A DNA stretch of 63,694 nucleotides, counting the filler. It is 3 parts of 3 records of this genome, joined end to end, with 100 filler letters (N's around TTAATTAATTAA, not from the genome) between each part and the next. Parts side by side here need not be neighbours in the genome. Positions count along the whole stretch, not along the records: positions 34,449 to 63,694 come from DRR378314_103; 2 more parts are not named here. The stretch is one strand, 5' to 3'. The position numbers and the translations under genes were made by a program. Position 1 is the first letter of the stretch. Each line of letters opens with the position of its first letter. This document shows positions 38,337-50,100 of the stretch, in pieces. A model generated the notes under the pieces. The model saw only the letters and a program-made list of their open reading frames with translations. It searched no databases and was not told the origin of the DNA.

Positions 38337-39692
38337 CTAGGTGGACAACGACGGCCATACAGGCCTTGACGTTCCCAGCTTCGAGGCGGGTAGGGGCCAT
38401 TGCATCTTGGCGGGCCCGACGGTCAGAGCCGGTTTCAACCGGTACCCAGTCCCCCAACCGGATTGTTCAGACGCATCCGAATAATCGGCAGGTATCGCCC
38501 CGGTGATATCTTCACCAGTATCGCGCTTGGCGAGAGTGGCCAGTAACTCGGCAGTCCGTGCCAGCGAGAGCCGGGCGTCCATGACAGCCTGTCCGGATGC
38601 GGCCTCAGCCAGTGCTGATAGGACGGCGGCGGCCATCAGGTATCCAGTCGCGTGATCCAAAGCCTGCACGGGCAGCGGGGTCGGCTTATCAGCCCCCACC
38701 CATTCCATTCCAGCATGCGCGATCCCGGCGCTCATCTGCACCAGACTATCAAAGCCGCGTCGCGTCGCCCAAGGTCCTTGCCAACCATAGGCGTCAAGCG
38801 TGACCTCAACTCTGTTGGGCGCAAGCTGATCGCGCGTTGCCTTGTCCAGACCAAGCGCATCCAGCGCACCGGGGCGGTATCCATGGACAAGTACATCCGC
38901 CTGCTTCAGCAGCTCTTGAAGTTGTTCTTTTCCGTCGGATGACTTCAGGTTCAGATAAGCGCAGTGTTTGCCCAATGAGATGTCGGGGATGACGCCGGGC
39001 TCGTCCCATTCGGGTGGATCGATCCTTAGGACTTCGGCGCCAAAACCTGCGAGTGTTCTTGTGGAAACCGGTCCGGCCAGAATACGGGTCAGGTCAAGCA
39101 CGCGTAATCCAGCAAGAGGGCGCGCGGCGGTTGCCTGAGGCCTGTCGCGCAGCTTGATATTGCGTGGGCCTTGCCACCCGATCAACGGTTCGCGCGCCAG
39201 TACGCGCCCTTGCGGATGGTCTTGCCATTCCGTGCGGCTGCGCATAGCGGCAGCGACGCCCCCTTCGGCGACAATCGCAGCTTCAAGTCCAGCAATGGCC
39301 CAATCTCGGATGGCGCGTTCCACTGACGGCCTATCAGGTTTGACCTGCAACACTTTCAGGGCTGCGGCGCGATGATGAGGCAGGTTGGTGTGCAGCCTGA
39401 TCCACCCATCAGAGGCCTGATAGTCGCCGGCAATCGCGTTCCAAAGGCTGGGCATGTCCCACCCTTCAGGTTTGAACGAAAAGCCATACCATAGTGACGC
39501 CAATCGATGATCCACGGAAATTTCCGGCGGCTCTGGCGACAGGTTCAGGGCAATCATGAGGCGTGACAGTTCCTTCCCGACCGCCGCAAAGCTGGCTGTT
39601 GCCAGTTCCGAGACCGCAAATGCGCTGGGCCGCGCACCCACCCCGTTGACCAGATATGTGTCAGGTGAGGGGAGGGCAGACAGCAGGCTCAT
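38337..39692 (-). CDS. CaiB/BaiF family III CoA transferase
   Basis: PLAGLRVLDLTRILAGP, ADVLVHGYRPG, GFDSLVQ. Confidence 0.9.
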   Translation of the reverse strand: MSLLSALPSPDTYLVNGVGARPSAFAVSELATASFAAVGKELSRLMIALNLSPEPPEISVDHRLASLWYGFSFKPEGWDMPSLWNAIAGDYQASDGWIRLHTNLPHHRAAALKVLQVKPDRPSVERAIRDWAIAGLEAAIVAEGGVAAAMRSRTEWQDHPQGRVLAREPLIGWQGPRNIKLRDRPQATAARPLAGLRVLDLTRILAGPVSTRTLAGFGAEVLRIDPPEWDEPGVIPDISLGKHCAYLNLKSSDGKEQLQELLKQADVLVHGYRPGALDALGLDKATRDQLAPNRVEVTLDAYGWQGPWATRRGFDSLVQMSAGIAHAGMEWVGADKPTPLPVQALDHATGYLMAAAVLSALAEAASGQAVMDARLSLARTAELLATLAKRDTGEDITGAIPADYSDASEQSGWGTGYRLKPALTVGPAKMQWPLPASKLGTSRPVWPSLST

Positions 39693-40843
39693 TGCTGGTA
39701 GGGGTCCAGACTGTCACGCAGCCCGTCGCCAAGGAAGTTGAAGGCCAGCACGATGACGATGATCGGCAACATCGGGATAGCGGTCCAGGGATAGATTTCG
39801 ATCGAAGCGAGGTTCTGCGCGTCGTTCAACATTACTCCCCAGCTGACGGCAGGGGCCCGCAGCCCAAGGCCGAGGAAGCTGAGCGCTGTTTCACCGAGGA
39901 TCATCGCGGGTATCGACAGTGAGGCCGAAGCAATCAAATGAGACATGAAGTTGGGTAGCAGGTGCTTGCGGATAACACGGCCCGAACTTGCGCCCATCAT
40001 CTCTGCCGCACGAACGTATTCCTCTTCCCGTAGGGACAGGAACTTGGCGCGTACTGATCGGGCAAGACCGGGCCAATCCAGAATGCCGAGGATGATTGAG
40101 ATGATGAAGAAGACTGCAACGGGGCTCCAATTCGACGGTACTGCCGCGGACAAAGCCAACCAGAGTGGCAATTCCGGCAGAGAACGCAGAATTTCGATCA
40201 CGCGGTTGATAACCCAGTCGATGCGCCCGCCGAAATATCCGGCGATGGATCCGAACAGGATACCAAGGAAGAATGATACCGAAATGCCGATCAGGCCCAC
40301 GGTCAGCGACAGCTGTGCGCCATAGAGAATTCGGCTGAACACGTCACGGCCCAAACGGTCTGACCCCCAGAGGAAAAGGGTGGCGCCTTCAGGCGCGCAG
40401 AACAGATGGGTGTCTGATTTGATCAGGCCCGCCAGCTTGTATTCTGATCCTTCACAGAAGAACCGGATCGGGCGCGGATCATCCGTGTCTGGGGCGAATT
40501 TCCATTGGAAGGTCTCAAGGTCCGCTTCCGCGACGATAGGATAGACATAGGGGCCGATAAATTCGCCCTCGTGGAACCAGTTGACCGACTGGGGCGGGGC
40601 ATAAAGATGCTCTCCATTCCGGTCATTTGGGCCATAGGGGGCGATGAAACCCGCAAAGGGTAGCATCACATAGCAAAGCAGCAGGAAGATGCCCGAGATC
40701 AGGCCCAGCTTGTGTGTTCTGAACTTGCGCCAAACCAAGACCCAATTGGGGGCATCAAGATCAGCACGCTCAAGCTGTTGGATCGAGGCTTGCGGATCGA
40801 ATGGGGCTTCGTCGACATAGCGACCATCGGGGCGTTTGCTCAT
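39689..40843 (-). CDS. Peptide/nickel-type ABC transporter permease (OppC/DppC-like)
   Basis: GSDRLGRDVFSR, EYVRAAEMMGA. Confidence 0.93.
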   Translation of the reverse strand: MSKRPDGRYVDEAPFDPQASIQQLERADLDAPNWVLVWRKFRTHKLGLISGIFLLLCYVMLPFAGFIAPYGPNDRNGEHLYAPPQSVNWFHEGEFIGPYVYPIVAEADLETFQWKFAPDTDDPRPIRFFCEGSEYKLAGLIKSDTHLFCAPEGATLFLWGSDRLGRDVFSRILYGAQLSLTVGLIGISVSFFLGILFGSIAGYFGGRIDWVINRVIEILRSLPELPLWLALSAAVPSNWSPVAVFFIISIILGILDWPGLARSVRAKFLSLREEEYVRAAEMMGASSGRVIRKHLLPNFMSHLIASASLSIPAMILGETALSFLGLGLRAPAVSWGVMLNDAQNLASIEIYPWTAIPMLPIIVIVLAFNFLGDGLRDSLDPYQQ

Positions 40844-41868
40844 GCTTCTCGCCCCTCATAACGGATGCGCGGGTCGAGCATGACCAGCAAGATGTCGGAA
40901 ATCATAGTGCCGATCAGGGTCAGTAAAGCCACGAACATAAGAATGAACGCCGAGAGGAACTGGTCTTGTGTTTTGAGCGCCGTCAACAGGGTTGGCCCAA
41001 TGGTCTGCAGACCCAAAACGACTGAGACCAGAACCGATCCCGAAACCATGGAAGGCAGCAGGTTACCAATGTCGGCAACAAAGGGGTTGAAGGCCACACG
41101 CAGCGGGTATTTTGTCAGCATGCGTGACGGGGCCATCCCTTTGGCGATGGCGGTTTCCACATAAGGTTTACCCAGCTCATCCAGCATATTGGCGCGCAGG
41201 CGTTGCATCATGGCAGATGCGCCTGAGGTGCCGATCACAAAGGTTGGTACGATCAGGTGAACAAGGATGGATTTCAACTTGTCCCAGCTCATCGGTTCCC
41301 CTTCAAAAGAAGGGTCCATCAAGCCGCCGATGGGTAGATTGAAATAGCGATGGCCGTAGTAGAAAAGGATCAGCGCCAGCAGAAAGTTTGGCGTAGCGAG
41401 CCCAAGATATCCGACAAAGGCTGACGTATAGTCGATCCAGGTCCGTGATTTTGCCGCTGCGAGGACGCCGAGTGGCAAAGCGACGGCATAGACGAACAGG
41501 ATGGCTGCCAGATTGACGACCACCGTCAGCCAGAGTGTATCACCGACGATTTCCGCGACAGGACGGTCAAATTCGAAGGACCATCCGTAATTGCCCTGCA
41601 ATAAGCCTTCGAACCCGTGTGGGCCGGGCCAGAAGCCTGCCCAGATCAGATATTGTTCCGGCAAAGAACGGTCCAGAGAATACTCTTTGCGCAGAAACTC
41701 GGCTTTGGCGACACCTGCGGACTGACCCGAGGCCTGCAACTCGGCGATCTGGTTGCTAAGGTAATCACCCGGGGGAAGGTTGATGATCACGAAAACCATG
41801 ACCGACACCACCAATAGTGTCAGCAGCATCGTGAAAAAGCGAAACACCGCATAGCGCAGCATTACCAT
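40840..41868 (-). CDS. Peptide/nickel-type ABC transporter permease (OppB/DppB-like)
   Basis: LPPGD, YVETAIAKG. Confidence 0.93.
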   Translation of the reverse strand: MVMLRYAVFRFFTMLLTLLVVSVMVFVIINLPPGDYLSNQIAELQASGQSAGVAKAEFLRKEYSLDRSLPEQYLIWAGFWPGPHGFEGLLQGNYGWSFEFDRPVAEIVGDTLWLTVVVNLAAILFVYAVALPLGVLAAAKSRTWIDYTSAFVGYLGLATPNFLLALILFYYGHRYFNLPIGGLMDPSFEGEPMSWDKLKSILVHLIVPTFVIGTSGASAMMQRLRANMLDELGKPYVETAIAKGMAPSRMLTKYPLRVAFNPFVADIGNLLPSMVSGSVLVSVVLGLQTIGPTLLTALKTQDQFLSAFILMFVALLTLIGTMISDILLVMLDPRIRYEGREA

Positions 41869-41882
41869 TTAGCTGCTCCTGC

Positions 41883-43796
41883 TCAGTCGGCGAAGAAGAA
41901 CTCGTCCGGACGGTGAATGCCGAAATGTGCGCCAGGCTCCCACGCCCACATCGCCTGCTCGGGTACGTTGCGCAGGCGGTTCGACACCACGATCGGTTGC
42001 GGTGCGCCGTTCAGAATACCTATGGCATACAGCTGATCCGCATGGATCTTCAGCATCTCGGTCCAGACAGCAGCGCGTTCGTCATCCGTTGTGGCGACTT
42101 CCCAATCATGGGCCAACTTCATGAGAAGTTCAGCCTCGGGCATGTCTGGTGGCTCACCCGAGCCTCCATTGGTCTGATAATACTGGCCCCATTTCGGCCA
42201 AGACAAAAAGACCTGATCAGTGGGGGCAAGATAAGCGGGTGAAGTATGCATCTGCGGGATGCCGTCATCCCAGCCGAACCAGACCGAGGCCATGGTATTC
42301 CCCGAAAATACGCGGTTACGCAGAATGTCCCGGTCCAATGGACGCATCACAAGGTCGACCCCGATTTCACGCCAGGTATCGGTGACGATCTGAAGGGCGT
42401 TTTCTACCTCTTGCCGTTCGCCTGCGGTTTCGATGACCAATTCCATCGGGCGCCCGTCGGGCAAAAGGCGAACGCCGTCTCGGTCGCGCTCGGTCAATCC
42501 GGCCTCGTCAAGAAGTGCATTAGCCATGTCGACATCATATTCCGCCCACGCTTTTGCATTTGCTTCGTCATAGAAGGGCGACGTCGGCAGAACTGACATC
42601 GCGCCGGGATGAGCCAGCTTGAAATAAAGCGCCTGATTGATCGTTTTGCGGTCAATCGCCAGCGAAAGAGCCCTGCGGACACGAACATCGCGCAGTATGT
42701 TGCGCCAAGCCTCATCTTCAAAATTCAGGTTGGGATAGATAGCGATTTGTGACGCAACACCCGTCTTCCACAAAAGCGTTTTGTAGCCGCCCTCAGCCTC
42801 ACCTTTTTTCAGGATCGAAGCGTCGCGGAATGCCAGCCCGCGCCCCTGCAAATCGCTCTCGCCCGCGTTGGTCTTGGCCGCAACGAGGCCGGGGGCCACG
42901 ATCTCCATCTCGACCACGTCGACATAGGGCAATTGCACGCCTTTTGAATCGACCCTGTGGTAGTACGGGTTACGGATGAAACCGTACCGGATTTTCTTAC
43001 CCGAACTGGCATTGAACCAAGGCTGCAATGTGGGCAGTTCGTGATTGTCGTACTTATAGAGGTTATCCAGTTTGTTGTGCAGCGCCGCCCAGCTTTTGAC
43101 CCGAGCGTCTTCGACATGGAATGCTAATTCTTCAGGATCGGCAAACTTCTCATGGTATTTTTTCAGGAATTCGGACGGGCGGTAGATAAAGGGTGGGCGT
43201 GCCTGGGCGAGCGATTGCAGAAAGTCGGGGTTCGGATTCTCCCATTCAAACACAATCGTCGTTTCATCGGGGAAGGAAACCGTAGGCGGCTTGCCTTCAA
43301 CCAGCAGAAAATCTGGTGGACCTGAGGGGCTGAGCAATTCGTTATTTGCTACATCCTCCCACCAATAGCGGAAATCCTCGGACGTAAATGGAGTGCCGTC
43401 CGACCATTTGTGGCCGGGACGCAGGTTCAGAGTGAACTTGCGATTGTCCTCATTTTCAAATGAGGCCAGCAAATCGGGTACGATGTTATAGTCGTGATCA
43501 AACCCCACAAGACGCGCGTAGCCATACACCACCATCTGACGAATGTCCTTGGACCGGGTGACCATGGTGCGCAGTGTTCCGCCGGGTGTCCCGAAATCGC
43601 GTCCCTTCGCCGCCAGATCAACGATCAGTGGCTCTTGCGGGATGCGTTCGGCGATTGGTGGCAAGCCGCCGCTCTCAACCTCAGCTTCCCAATAGGGGGT
43701 TTCCTGAAGATTGGCAGGGATTTCTGCCGTGGCGGGCAGCCCTGATATGGTGACCAGTGCGGCCGCCAAAAACATACGATGAGTGGTCTTAAACAT
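41883..43796 (-). CDS. ABC transporter substrate-binding protein (family 5)
   Basis: Signal peptide; LRPGHKWSDGTPFTSED; RVRRALSLAIDR. Confidence 0.93.
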   Translation of the reverse strand: MFKTTHRMFLAAALVTISGLPATAEIPANLQETPYWEAEVESGGLPPIAERIPQEPLIVDLAAKGRDFGTPGGTLRTMVTRSKDIRQMVVYGYARLVGFDHDYNIVPDLLASFENEDNRKFTLNLRPGHKWSDGTPFTSEDFRYWWEDVANNELLSPSGPPDFLLVEGKPPTVSFPDETTIVFEWENPNPDFLQSLAQARPPFIYRPSEFLKKYHEKFADPEELAFHVEDARVKSWAALHNKLDNLYKYDNHELPTLQPWFNASSGKKIRYGFIRNPYYHRVDSKGVQLPYVDVVEMEIVAPGLVAAKTNAGESDLQGRGLAFRDASILKKGEAEGGYKTLLWKTGVASQIAIYPNLNFEDEAWRNILRDVRVRRALSLAIDRKTINQALYFKLAHPGAMSVLPTSPFYDEANAKAWAEYDVDMANALLDEAGLTERDRDGVRLLPDGRPMELVIETAGERQEVENALQIVTDTWREIGVDLVMRPLDRDILRNRVFSGNTMASVWFGWDDGIPQMHTSPAYLAPTDQVFLSWPKWGQYYQTNGGSGEPPDMPEAELLMKLAHDWEVATTDDERAAVWTEMLKIHADQLYAIGILNGAPQPIVVSNRLRNVPEQAMWAWEPGAHFGIHRPDEFFFAD

Positions 43797-45561
43797 GGCA
43801 ACGTACCTTATGGCCGGGCTCCAATTCTACCAACGAGGGTATCACGGAGTCGGAAAATCGAAAGGCATCATCCCAACTGTCGGGTGAACCAGCACCCAAC
43901 GCAACCAGTTTCAGGTCAATCGGGCGATTGATATCCGGTTCCGGTTGGGCGGCGATCAATGCCTTGGTGTAGGGATGACGTGGATTGTAGAACAGGGTTT
44001 CGGGTGGGGCTTGTTCGACCACAAGGCCCCGGCGCATAACGGCAACTTCGTCGGCGATGCGCGCGACAACTGCCAGATCGTGCGAGATGAAAAGATAAGA
44101 CAGGTTCAGACTGTCCTGCAGGTTTTCGAGCAGGGTCAGAATCTGCTCCTGAACGGATACATCCAAGGCCGAGGTTGGTTCGTCACAAACGATCAGGGCC
44201 GGGTCCAGCATCATTGCACGCGCGATTGACAGGCGCTGCCGCTGCCCGCCTGAAAACGCATGTGGATAGCGTTTGAGCATATCCTCATTCAATCCGACCC
44301 GCTGCAACATCTCAGCAGCTTTATCACGCTGCTCGGACACGTTGCCGAGGCGATGAATCTCCAACGGCTCGGTCATAGCATCCTGAATGCGCATTCGAGG
44401 GCTGAGAGAGCTATAGGGATCCTGAAACACCATCTGTGCCTTGCGCTGAAAAGCGGTGCGTTCAACACGTGTCATGTGGTGAACCGTTATCGGTTCGGAG
44501 TCTTTGGTCGTTCGGAACAGAACTTTACCGCCGGGGTCTGGCAGTTCAGCGCCCAGAGCGATCCGTGCCGCTGTGGTTTTGCCCGATCCGCTTTCACCTA
44601 CAATCGCAAGTGTTTTGCCACGCGCAAGTTTCATATCAACGCCCCGGCAGGCGTGTATCAGTTTTTCCGCCTTCCAGCCTTTGCTAGACCGCATTGTATA
44701 GGTCTTAGACACATCGGTCATCTGCAGGATCAGGTCTTCGTCAGGCATAGGAATGCCGACCGAATCCTGATCGGGTATCTCGGGTGCCGCATCGAATAGT
44801 TGCTGGGTATAAGGATGCGCCGGTTCATTCAGGATAAGCGCGGCCGGGCCGGCTTCCATCACGCGGCCCTTGTGCATGACAACGACTTGCTCGGCCATGT
44901 TGGCGACCACACCAAGATCATGGGTGACCAGGATCAGCGCCATGCCGGTTTCGCGCTGCAGTTCTTTGATCAGCCCAAGAACCTGCGCTTGGGTAGTCAC
45001 GTCCAGCGCCGTCGTGGGCTCGTCAGCAATCAGCAGTTCAGGTTTCGCAACCATCGCCATGGCGATCATCGCGCGCTGGCGCATTCCGCCGGACAATTCG
45101 AACGGATAACTGTCATAGGCGCGCGCCGGGTCGGGGAAGCCGACCCTCTCGAACTGAGTCAGAACCTCTTTGCGTGCCTCTGAATCGGACGCACCGCGAT
45201 GCAGCCACAGAACTTCGCTGACCTGATTTCCGATTTTGTGAAGCGGAGACAGAGACCGCATCGGCTCCTGAAAGATCATCGAGACACGATTGCCGCGAAT
45301 GCTACGCATCTGGCGTTCGCTGAGCTTCATCAGATCAGCCGCGCCGTGGGAATCGTTCAATGTAATCGTACCGCTACGAATCTGAGCGGTGCGCGGCAGA
45401 ATACGCAGCGCAGCCCGACATGATATCGTTTTGCCCGACCCGGATTCTCCTACCAATGCTAGTGTCTGCCCTGGTTCGACATCAAAGCTGACGTCACGGA
45501 CAACAGATGGGCCCGAGCCGAAGCCGATGCTGAGATCCCGAACGGACAACAACGCACTCAT
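43789..45561 (-). CDS. Double-NBD peptide ABC transporter ATP-binding protein
   Basis: Two [16 protein letters not shown] and FSGGQRQR; two DEPT. Confidence 0.95.
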   Translation of the reverse strand: MSALLSVRDLSIGFGSGPSVVRDVSFDVEPGQTLALVGESGSGKTISCRAALRILPRTAQIRSGTITLNDSHGAADLMKLSERQMRSIRGNRVSMIFQEPMRSLSPLHKIGNQVSEVLWLHRGASDSEARKEVLTQFERVGFPDPARAYDSYPFELSGGMRQRAMIAMAMVAKPELLIADEPTTALDVTTQAQVLGLIKELQRETGMALILVTHDLGVVANMAEQVVVMHKGRVMEAGPAALILNEPAHPYTQQLFDAAPEIPDQDSVGIPMPDEDLILQMTDVSKTYTMRSSKGWKAEKLIHACRGVDMKLARGKTLAIVGESGSGKTTAARIALGAELPDPGGKVLFRTTKDSEPITVHHMTRVERTAFQRKAQMVFQDPYSSLSPRMRIQDAMTEPLEIHRLGNVSEQRDKAAEMLQRVGLNEDMLKRYPHAFSGGQRQRLSIARAMMLDPALIVCDEPTSALDVSVQEQILTLLENLQDSLNLSYLFISHDLAVVARIADEVAVMRRGLVVEQAPPETLFYNPRHPYTKALIAAQPEPDINRPIDLKLVALGAGSPDSWDDAFRFSDSVIPSLVELEPGHKVRCHV

Positions 45562-45790
45562 TCGGGTTTTCCACCCGTCTGGCCGCTAGATAACATCGGC
45601 TTTGTGAACTCCCTGTCTTTTTTCCGCAGTTTCGCGCGGTTCAGGCGAGGTAGTCAAACACCTTCTTCACCTGAATCGTCGCGGAATCGTGAATTCTTTA
45701 TCGCGCGCCTACACATTCCCTTGAGAATTTGCCACTACCAGATCAAAGGGCACAGTTTAGGTGTCGTTTCTATAAACAGGGGTTATAGCC

Positions 45791-46288
45791 GTGCCGGAAG
45801 CTCAAAGTCGTCTAGATTTGTTCATCGACCGCATGGTCTCGCAGCGCACCTGTCTGGATTATGCAATCGCGCAGACGACAGGACAGCCCGGTCCGGTTTT
45901 TGAGCTGGGGCTGGGCAATGGGCGCACGTATCATCACATGGTTCAGCATATTCAGGATCGCCCCGTATATGTTTTTGAACGTGCGGTAGCCTCGCATCCC
46001 GATTCAACCCCGCCCAATGATCTTGTGATTCTGGGCGATGTGCGCGAGACGCTGCCCGCATCGGTCGCGCGATTTGGCGCGTCGGCCAGCCTGATCCATG
46101 CTGATCTGGGTGGGCATAACCGGCAAAAGAACGATGCGTTTGCGCGCCTTGTCTCACCGTTGATCGAGCCGCTTTTGGCGCAAGGTGGGCTGATGGTTTC
46201 GAGCGATCGTATGTATTTCGAACAACTGACCGAGCTGCCGCTGCCAGAAAGCGCGGTTGAGGGGCGCTGTTTCATTTATCAACGCTGA
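45791..46288 (+). CDS. Class I SAM-dependent methyltransferase (Methyltransf_17-like)
   Basis: SRLD.FI.RM..QR, ELGLGNGRTYHH, HADLG. Confidence 0.82.
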   Translation: MPEAQSRLDLFIDRMVSQRTCLDYAIAQTTGQPGPVFELGLGNGRTYHHMVQHIQDRPVYVFERAVASHPDSTPPNDLVILGDVRETLPASVARFGASASLIHADLGGHNRQKNDAFARLVSPLIEPLLAQGGLMVSSDRMYFEQLTELPLPESAVEGRCFIYQR

Positions 46289-46380
46289 TCTGCCGTGGGG
46301 TCACATTGTGATCGGACTCGCGCTGCCGTGGTGGGGCGGTCTAACATCTGAGTCGTGAAGTTTCATAAGGGACCGTCAAT

Positions 46381-47010
46381 ATGCTGTTCTACGACTGCTC
46401 GACCGCTCCAAGCCCACGCCGTGCCCGGATGTTTATCGCGGAAAAAGGGTTGGAGTTTGAGAGCCGAGACATCTCAATCGCCAAGGGCGAACAGCTCGGT
46501 GATGCGTTTCGGGCTGTGAACCCCGGTGCGACCATCCCCGTTCTGGTCACGGATGAAGGCACAACACTGACAGAGAACCTTGGCATCGCCGCCTATCTCG
46601 AGGCACTTTTTCCGGAACCGCCGCTAATGGGTCGAACCGCGGATGAAAAAGGCGAAGTTCTGATGTGGAACGCCATCGCCGAGCAGCAGTGCGGAGCGCC
46701 AATTGCAGAAACGCTGCGCAACACCCATCCCTCGTTCAAGGATCGCGCGATCACGGGGCCTGCAAACCACGCCCAAATCCCTGAACTGGCGCAACGGGGT
46801 GCCGAGCGGGTGCGCACCTTCTTCGATCTTCTTGAAACCCGCCTGCGCGAAAGCGATTTCGTAGCGGCGGGTTCATTTACGCTGGCCGATATCACTACAT
46901 TTGTTTTTGTCGATTTTGCACGCGTCATCAAGATGCACATTCCTGCCGAAAATGCAGCGACATTGGCTTGGTTTGACACCATCCAAGCGCGCGCCAGTGC
47001 GCAGCGATAA
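46381..47010 (+). CDS. Glutathione S-transferase
   Basis: APSPRRARMFIAEKG, VNP.ATIPVL, FTLADIT. Confidence 0.92.
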   Translation: MLFYDCSTAPSPRRARMFIAEKGLEFESRDISIAKGEQLGDAFRAVNPGATIPVLVTDEGTTLTENLGIAAYLEALFPEPPLMGRTADEKGEVLMWNAIAEQQCGAPIAETLRNTHPSFKDRAITGPANHAQIPELAQRGAERVRTFFDLLETRLRESDFVAAGSFTLADITTFVFVDFARVIKMHIPAENAATLAWFDTIQARASAQR

Positions 47011-47144
47011 CTTCGCACGCGCAGAAGACCTGGAACTTTGCAAAGGTGCCCAGAAAGCGTTATCGGCGCCTCTGGCATCCGAGCGGGGTCGCTCGGCACA
47101 GGCCAGGCGGGGTTCACCATGGTCTGCCGTTTCTTAGTTCCCGG

Positions 47145-50100
47145 TTAGGTGGTCAGTGCGCGCGCTTTCTGAAAGCTTTCTGCGCGCACAGGTCCGTAAC
47201 CTCGTATCTGGTCCGCAGTTGACAACGCTTCCAGCCATTCTGCCTCGGATCGATTTGCGGGGTTGGTTAGATACGTGTCCAACAGCGTCTCAAACCAACG
47301 CAGGATATCCCGGTGCAGCCGCGCTTCGGCGTGATACCCAAACGGGTTCAGGGCTGATCCGCGCAAACCACGCAACCGCGACAGCCCAAGCAGAACCGGG
47401 CGCATCCATGAACCCAGTCCAAACTTTACGGGCCTTCCCCTCTCATCCTTGCGCCAACTCAGCATTGGCGGGGCGAAATGGTATTTGGTTTTGAAGTTTC
47501 CTTCGAATTGCTGCGCGAGTTCATCCGCGAAGGTAGAAGATGTTTGTAACCGCGCCACTTCGAATTCGTCTTTGTAAGCCATGAAACGGAACAGGTTACG
47601 GGCGAGGGTTTCAAGAATTGGGTCCGAGATGTCCGGCTTAGACGCCCGGATCGCCCCGATCCGTTGCGCATAGCGCTCAGCATAGACGGCATCCTGATAG
47701 TCGGTCAGATACGCAATCCGACGCGCGATCATCTGATCCAGCGTTTCTTCTGTTTCAGTCGGCTGCGCCAACCCCTGAACCCGACTGGGGTCAACCGCGA
47801 GGCACCGCCCAACCGCAAAGGCGAGCCGGTTCTTTTCAACTGCAACACCGTTCAGTAATATGGCCTGTGCCAGAGCGGTTTGCGACACAGGCACCAATGC
47901 CCTTTGCCACGCGTAGCCCAACATGATGACATTGGCGAAGACCGCATCCCCCAACAGGGCCTCGGCCGTAGCGTTTGCGTCAAGGCTGGCCAGATTGTCC
48001 GTACCCACCGCATCGGCAATCGCCTGTTCCCGTGCGTTGACCCTAAGTTGGGCATCACGATGCAGCACGAGGTCTCCGGTGGGCATCTCGGCCCGGTTCA
48101 GCACGACACGTGTTCCTCGGGCATAATGTGCCGATGCTTTGGGGGCCGAACTGACCACCACATCGCAGCCGATCACAGCATCCGCCGCGCCCTGATCAAT
48201 GCGCACCTGATTAAGCACATCGGGAGCGGCACCAAGTCGGATATAGCTCAGCACGGTTCCAAACTTTTGTGCAAACCCGGTGAAATCCAGAACCGAGGCG
48301 CCTTTGCCTTCCAGATGCGCCGCCATGGTGATCAAGGCCCCAACAGTGACCACCCCGGTGCCGCCAACACCAGTCACCAGAAGGTCAAAGGGTTCCTCCA
48401 AAGATGGAAGCGTGGGAGTTGGTAATCCGGTTTCAAGCGTATCAAGATCCAGTTTGACGGCCCGCTTTCGCCGGGTTGCGCCCTCGATCGTCACGAAACT
48501 TGGGCAGAACCCGTTCAGGCACGAGAAATCCTTGTTGCAGGAGCTCAGGTTGATCTTGCGCTTGCGGCCCAAGGGGGTTTCGCGCGGTTCAACGCTCAGG
48601 CAATTCGAGGCGACCGAGCAATCGCCGCAGCCTTCGCACACCAAATCGTTGATCCAGACGAATTTTTGAGGGTCCTCCATCGTGCCGCGCTTGCGGCGGC
48701 GACGTTTCTCGGTGGCGCAGGTTTGTTCGTATATCAGGGCCGTGACGCCGGGTATGTCGCGCAATTCGCGTTGTAGGCCATCCATCTCTGCCCGGTCGTG
48801 AAACGTGGTCTCCGTCGGGAAATCGGCGCGGTGGAACTTGGTGATGTCGTCCGAGACCAGCGCGATCCGCTTTACCCCTTCGGCGCGGCAGGTTTGCGCG
48901 ATGCCAGCAACACTGATGGGTCCATCCACCGGTTGCCCACCGGTCATTGCGACCGCATCATTGTAGAGGATTTTGTAGGTGATGTTCGTCCCTGCAGCGA
49001 CCGCCTGTCGGATGGCGAGAGAGCCCGAATGGTACCACGTCCCCTCGCCAAGGTTCTGAAAGATATGCTTGCCACCGTTGAATTGTGAAGCGACCACATG
49101 GGGCACGCCCTCACCCCCCATCTGGGCATAGCCCACCGTCTCGCGATCCATCCACGAGGCCATGACGTGGCAACCAATTCCACTGGCGGCGGTGGAACCT
49201 TCGGGGACCTTGGTCGAGGTATTGTGCGGGCAACCCGAGCAGAAATAGGGCGTCCGCACAGCGCCCGCGACATTGATGATCGGTGGTGGCGTCTCGGTCA
49301 GAGCCTGCGCCTTTGCGGGCAGGTTTTCTTCTGGGAAGAATGTATCCAGACGGGCGGCCACAATGGGGGCCAGCATCAACGGGCTGAGTTCCCCGGTCCA
49401 TGGGATGAGCGGCTCACCATGGCTGTCATATTTTCCGACCATCTTGTGAGGCTTGTCGCCGGGCCAGTCATAGAAATACTCCTTGAACTGGCTCTCGATA
49501 ATGCCGCGTTTTTCTTCAACGACCAGAACCTCGGCCTTGCCCTTCACAAAACGCAACGCGTTACGGCGTGCCAGCGGCCAAACCATACCGACCTTGTAGA
49601 TATCGATCCCCAGACGGCGGCAGGCAGCTTCATCCAGACCCAGCAGGCGTAAGGTTTCCATCAGGTCCAGGTGGCCTTTCCCGGTGGTCACAAAGCCGAA
49701 CTTGGCGTTGTCGATGTCATAGATACGCCTGTCGATGGGGTTTTCTTCGGCAAAGGCTCGAACGGCGCGCAGCTTGTGTTGGATGCGAGTTTCAATCTCG
49801 GGCGAAGGCAAGTCTGCGGTCCGCACATGCAAACCCAGTTCGGGCAGGTCAATCTGTGGCAGGGTAAAGCTGCGATCCGGGGGCAGATTAACCGAACGCG
49901 CGCTTTCAACCGTTTCCGAGATGGCCTTGAACCCAACCCATGTGCCCGAGAATCGCGAGAGGGCGAAGCCGTATTCGCCAAACTCAAGGTATTCCTCGAC
50001 CGAGGCCGGGTTCAGTGTCGGCATGAACCAGGCCATGAAGGCCACATCCGATTGGTGCGGCATGGATGAGCTGACGCAGCCATGGTCGTCGCCTGCAACA

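Noticed and set aside
47055-47112. Hairpin between the GST and oxidoreductase genes as an ncRNA
   Set aside because: Adequately explained as a terminator-like stem between convergent genes
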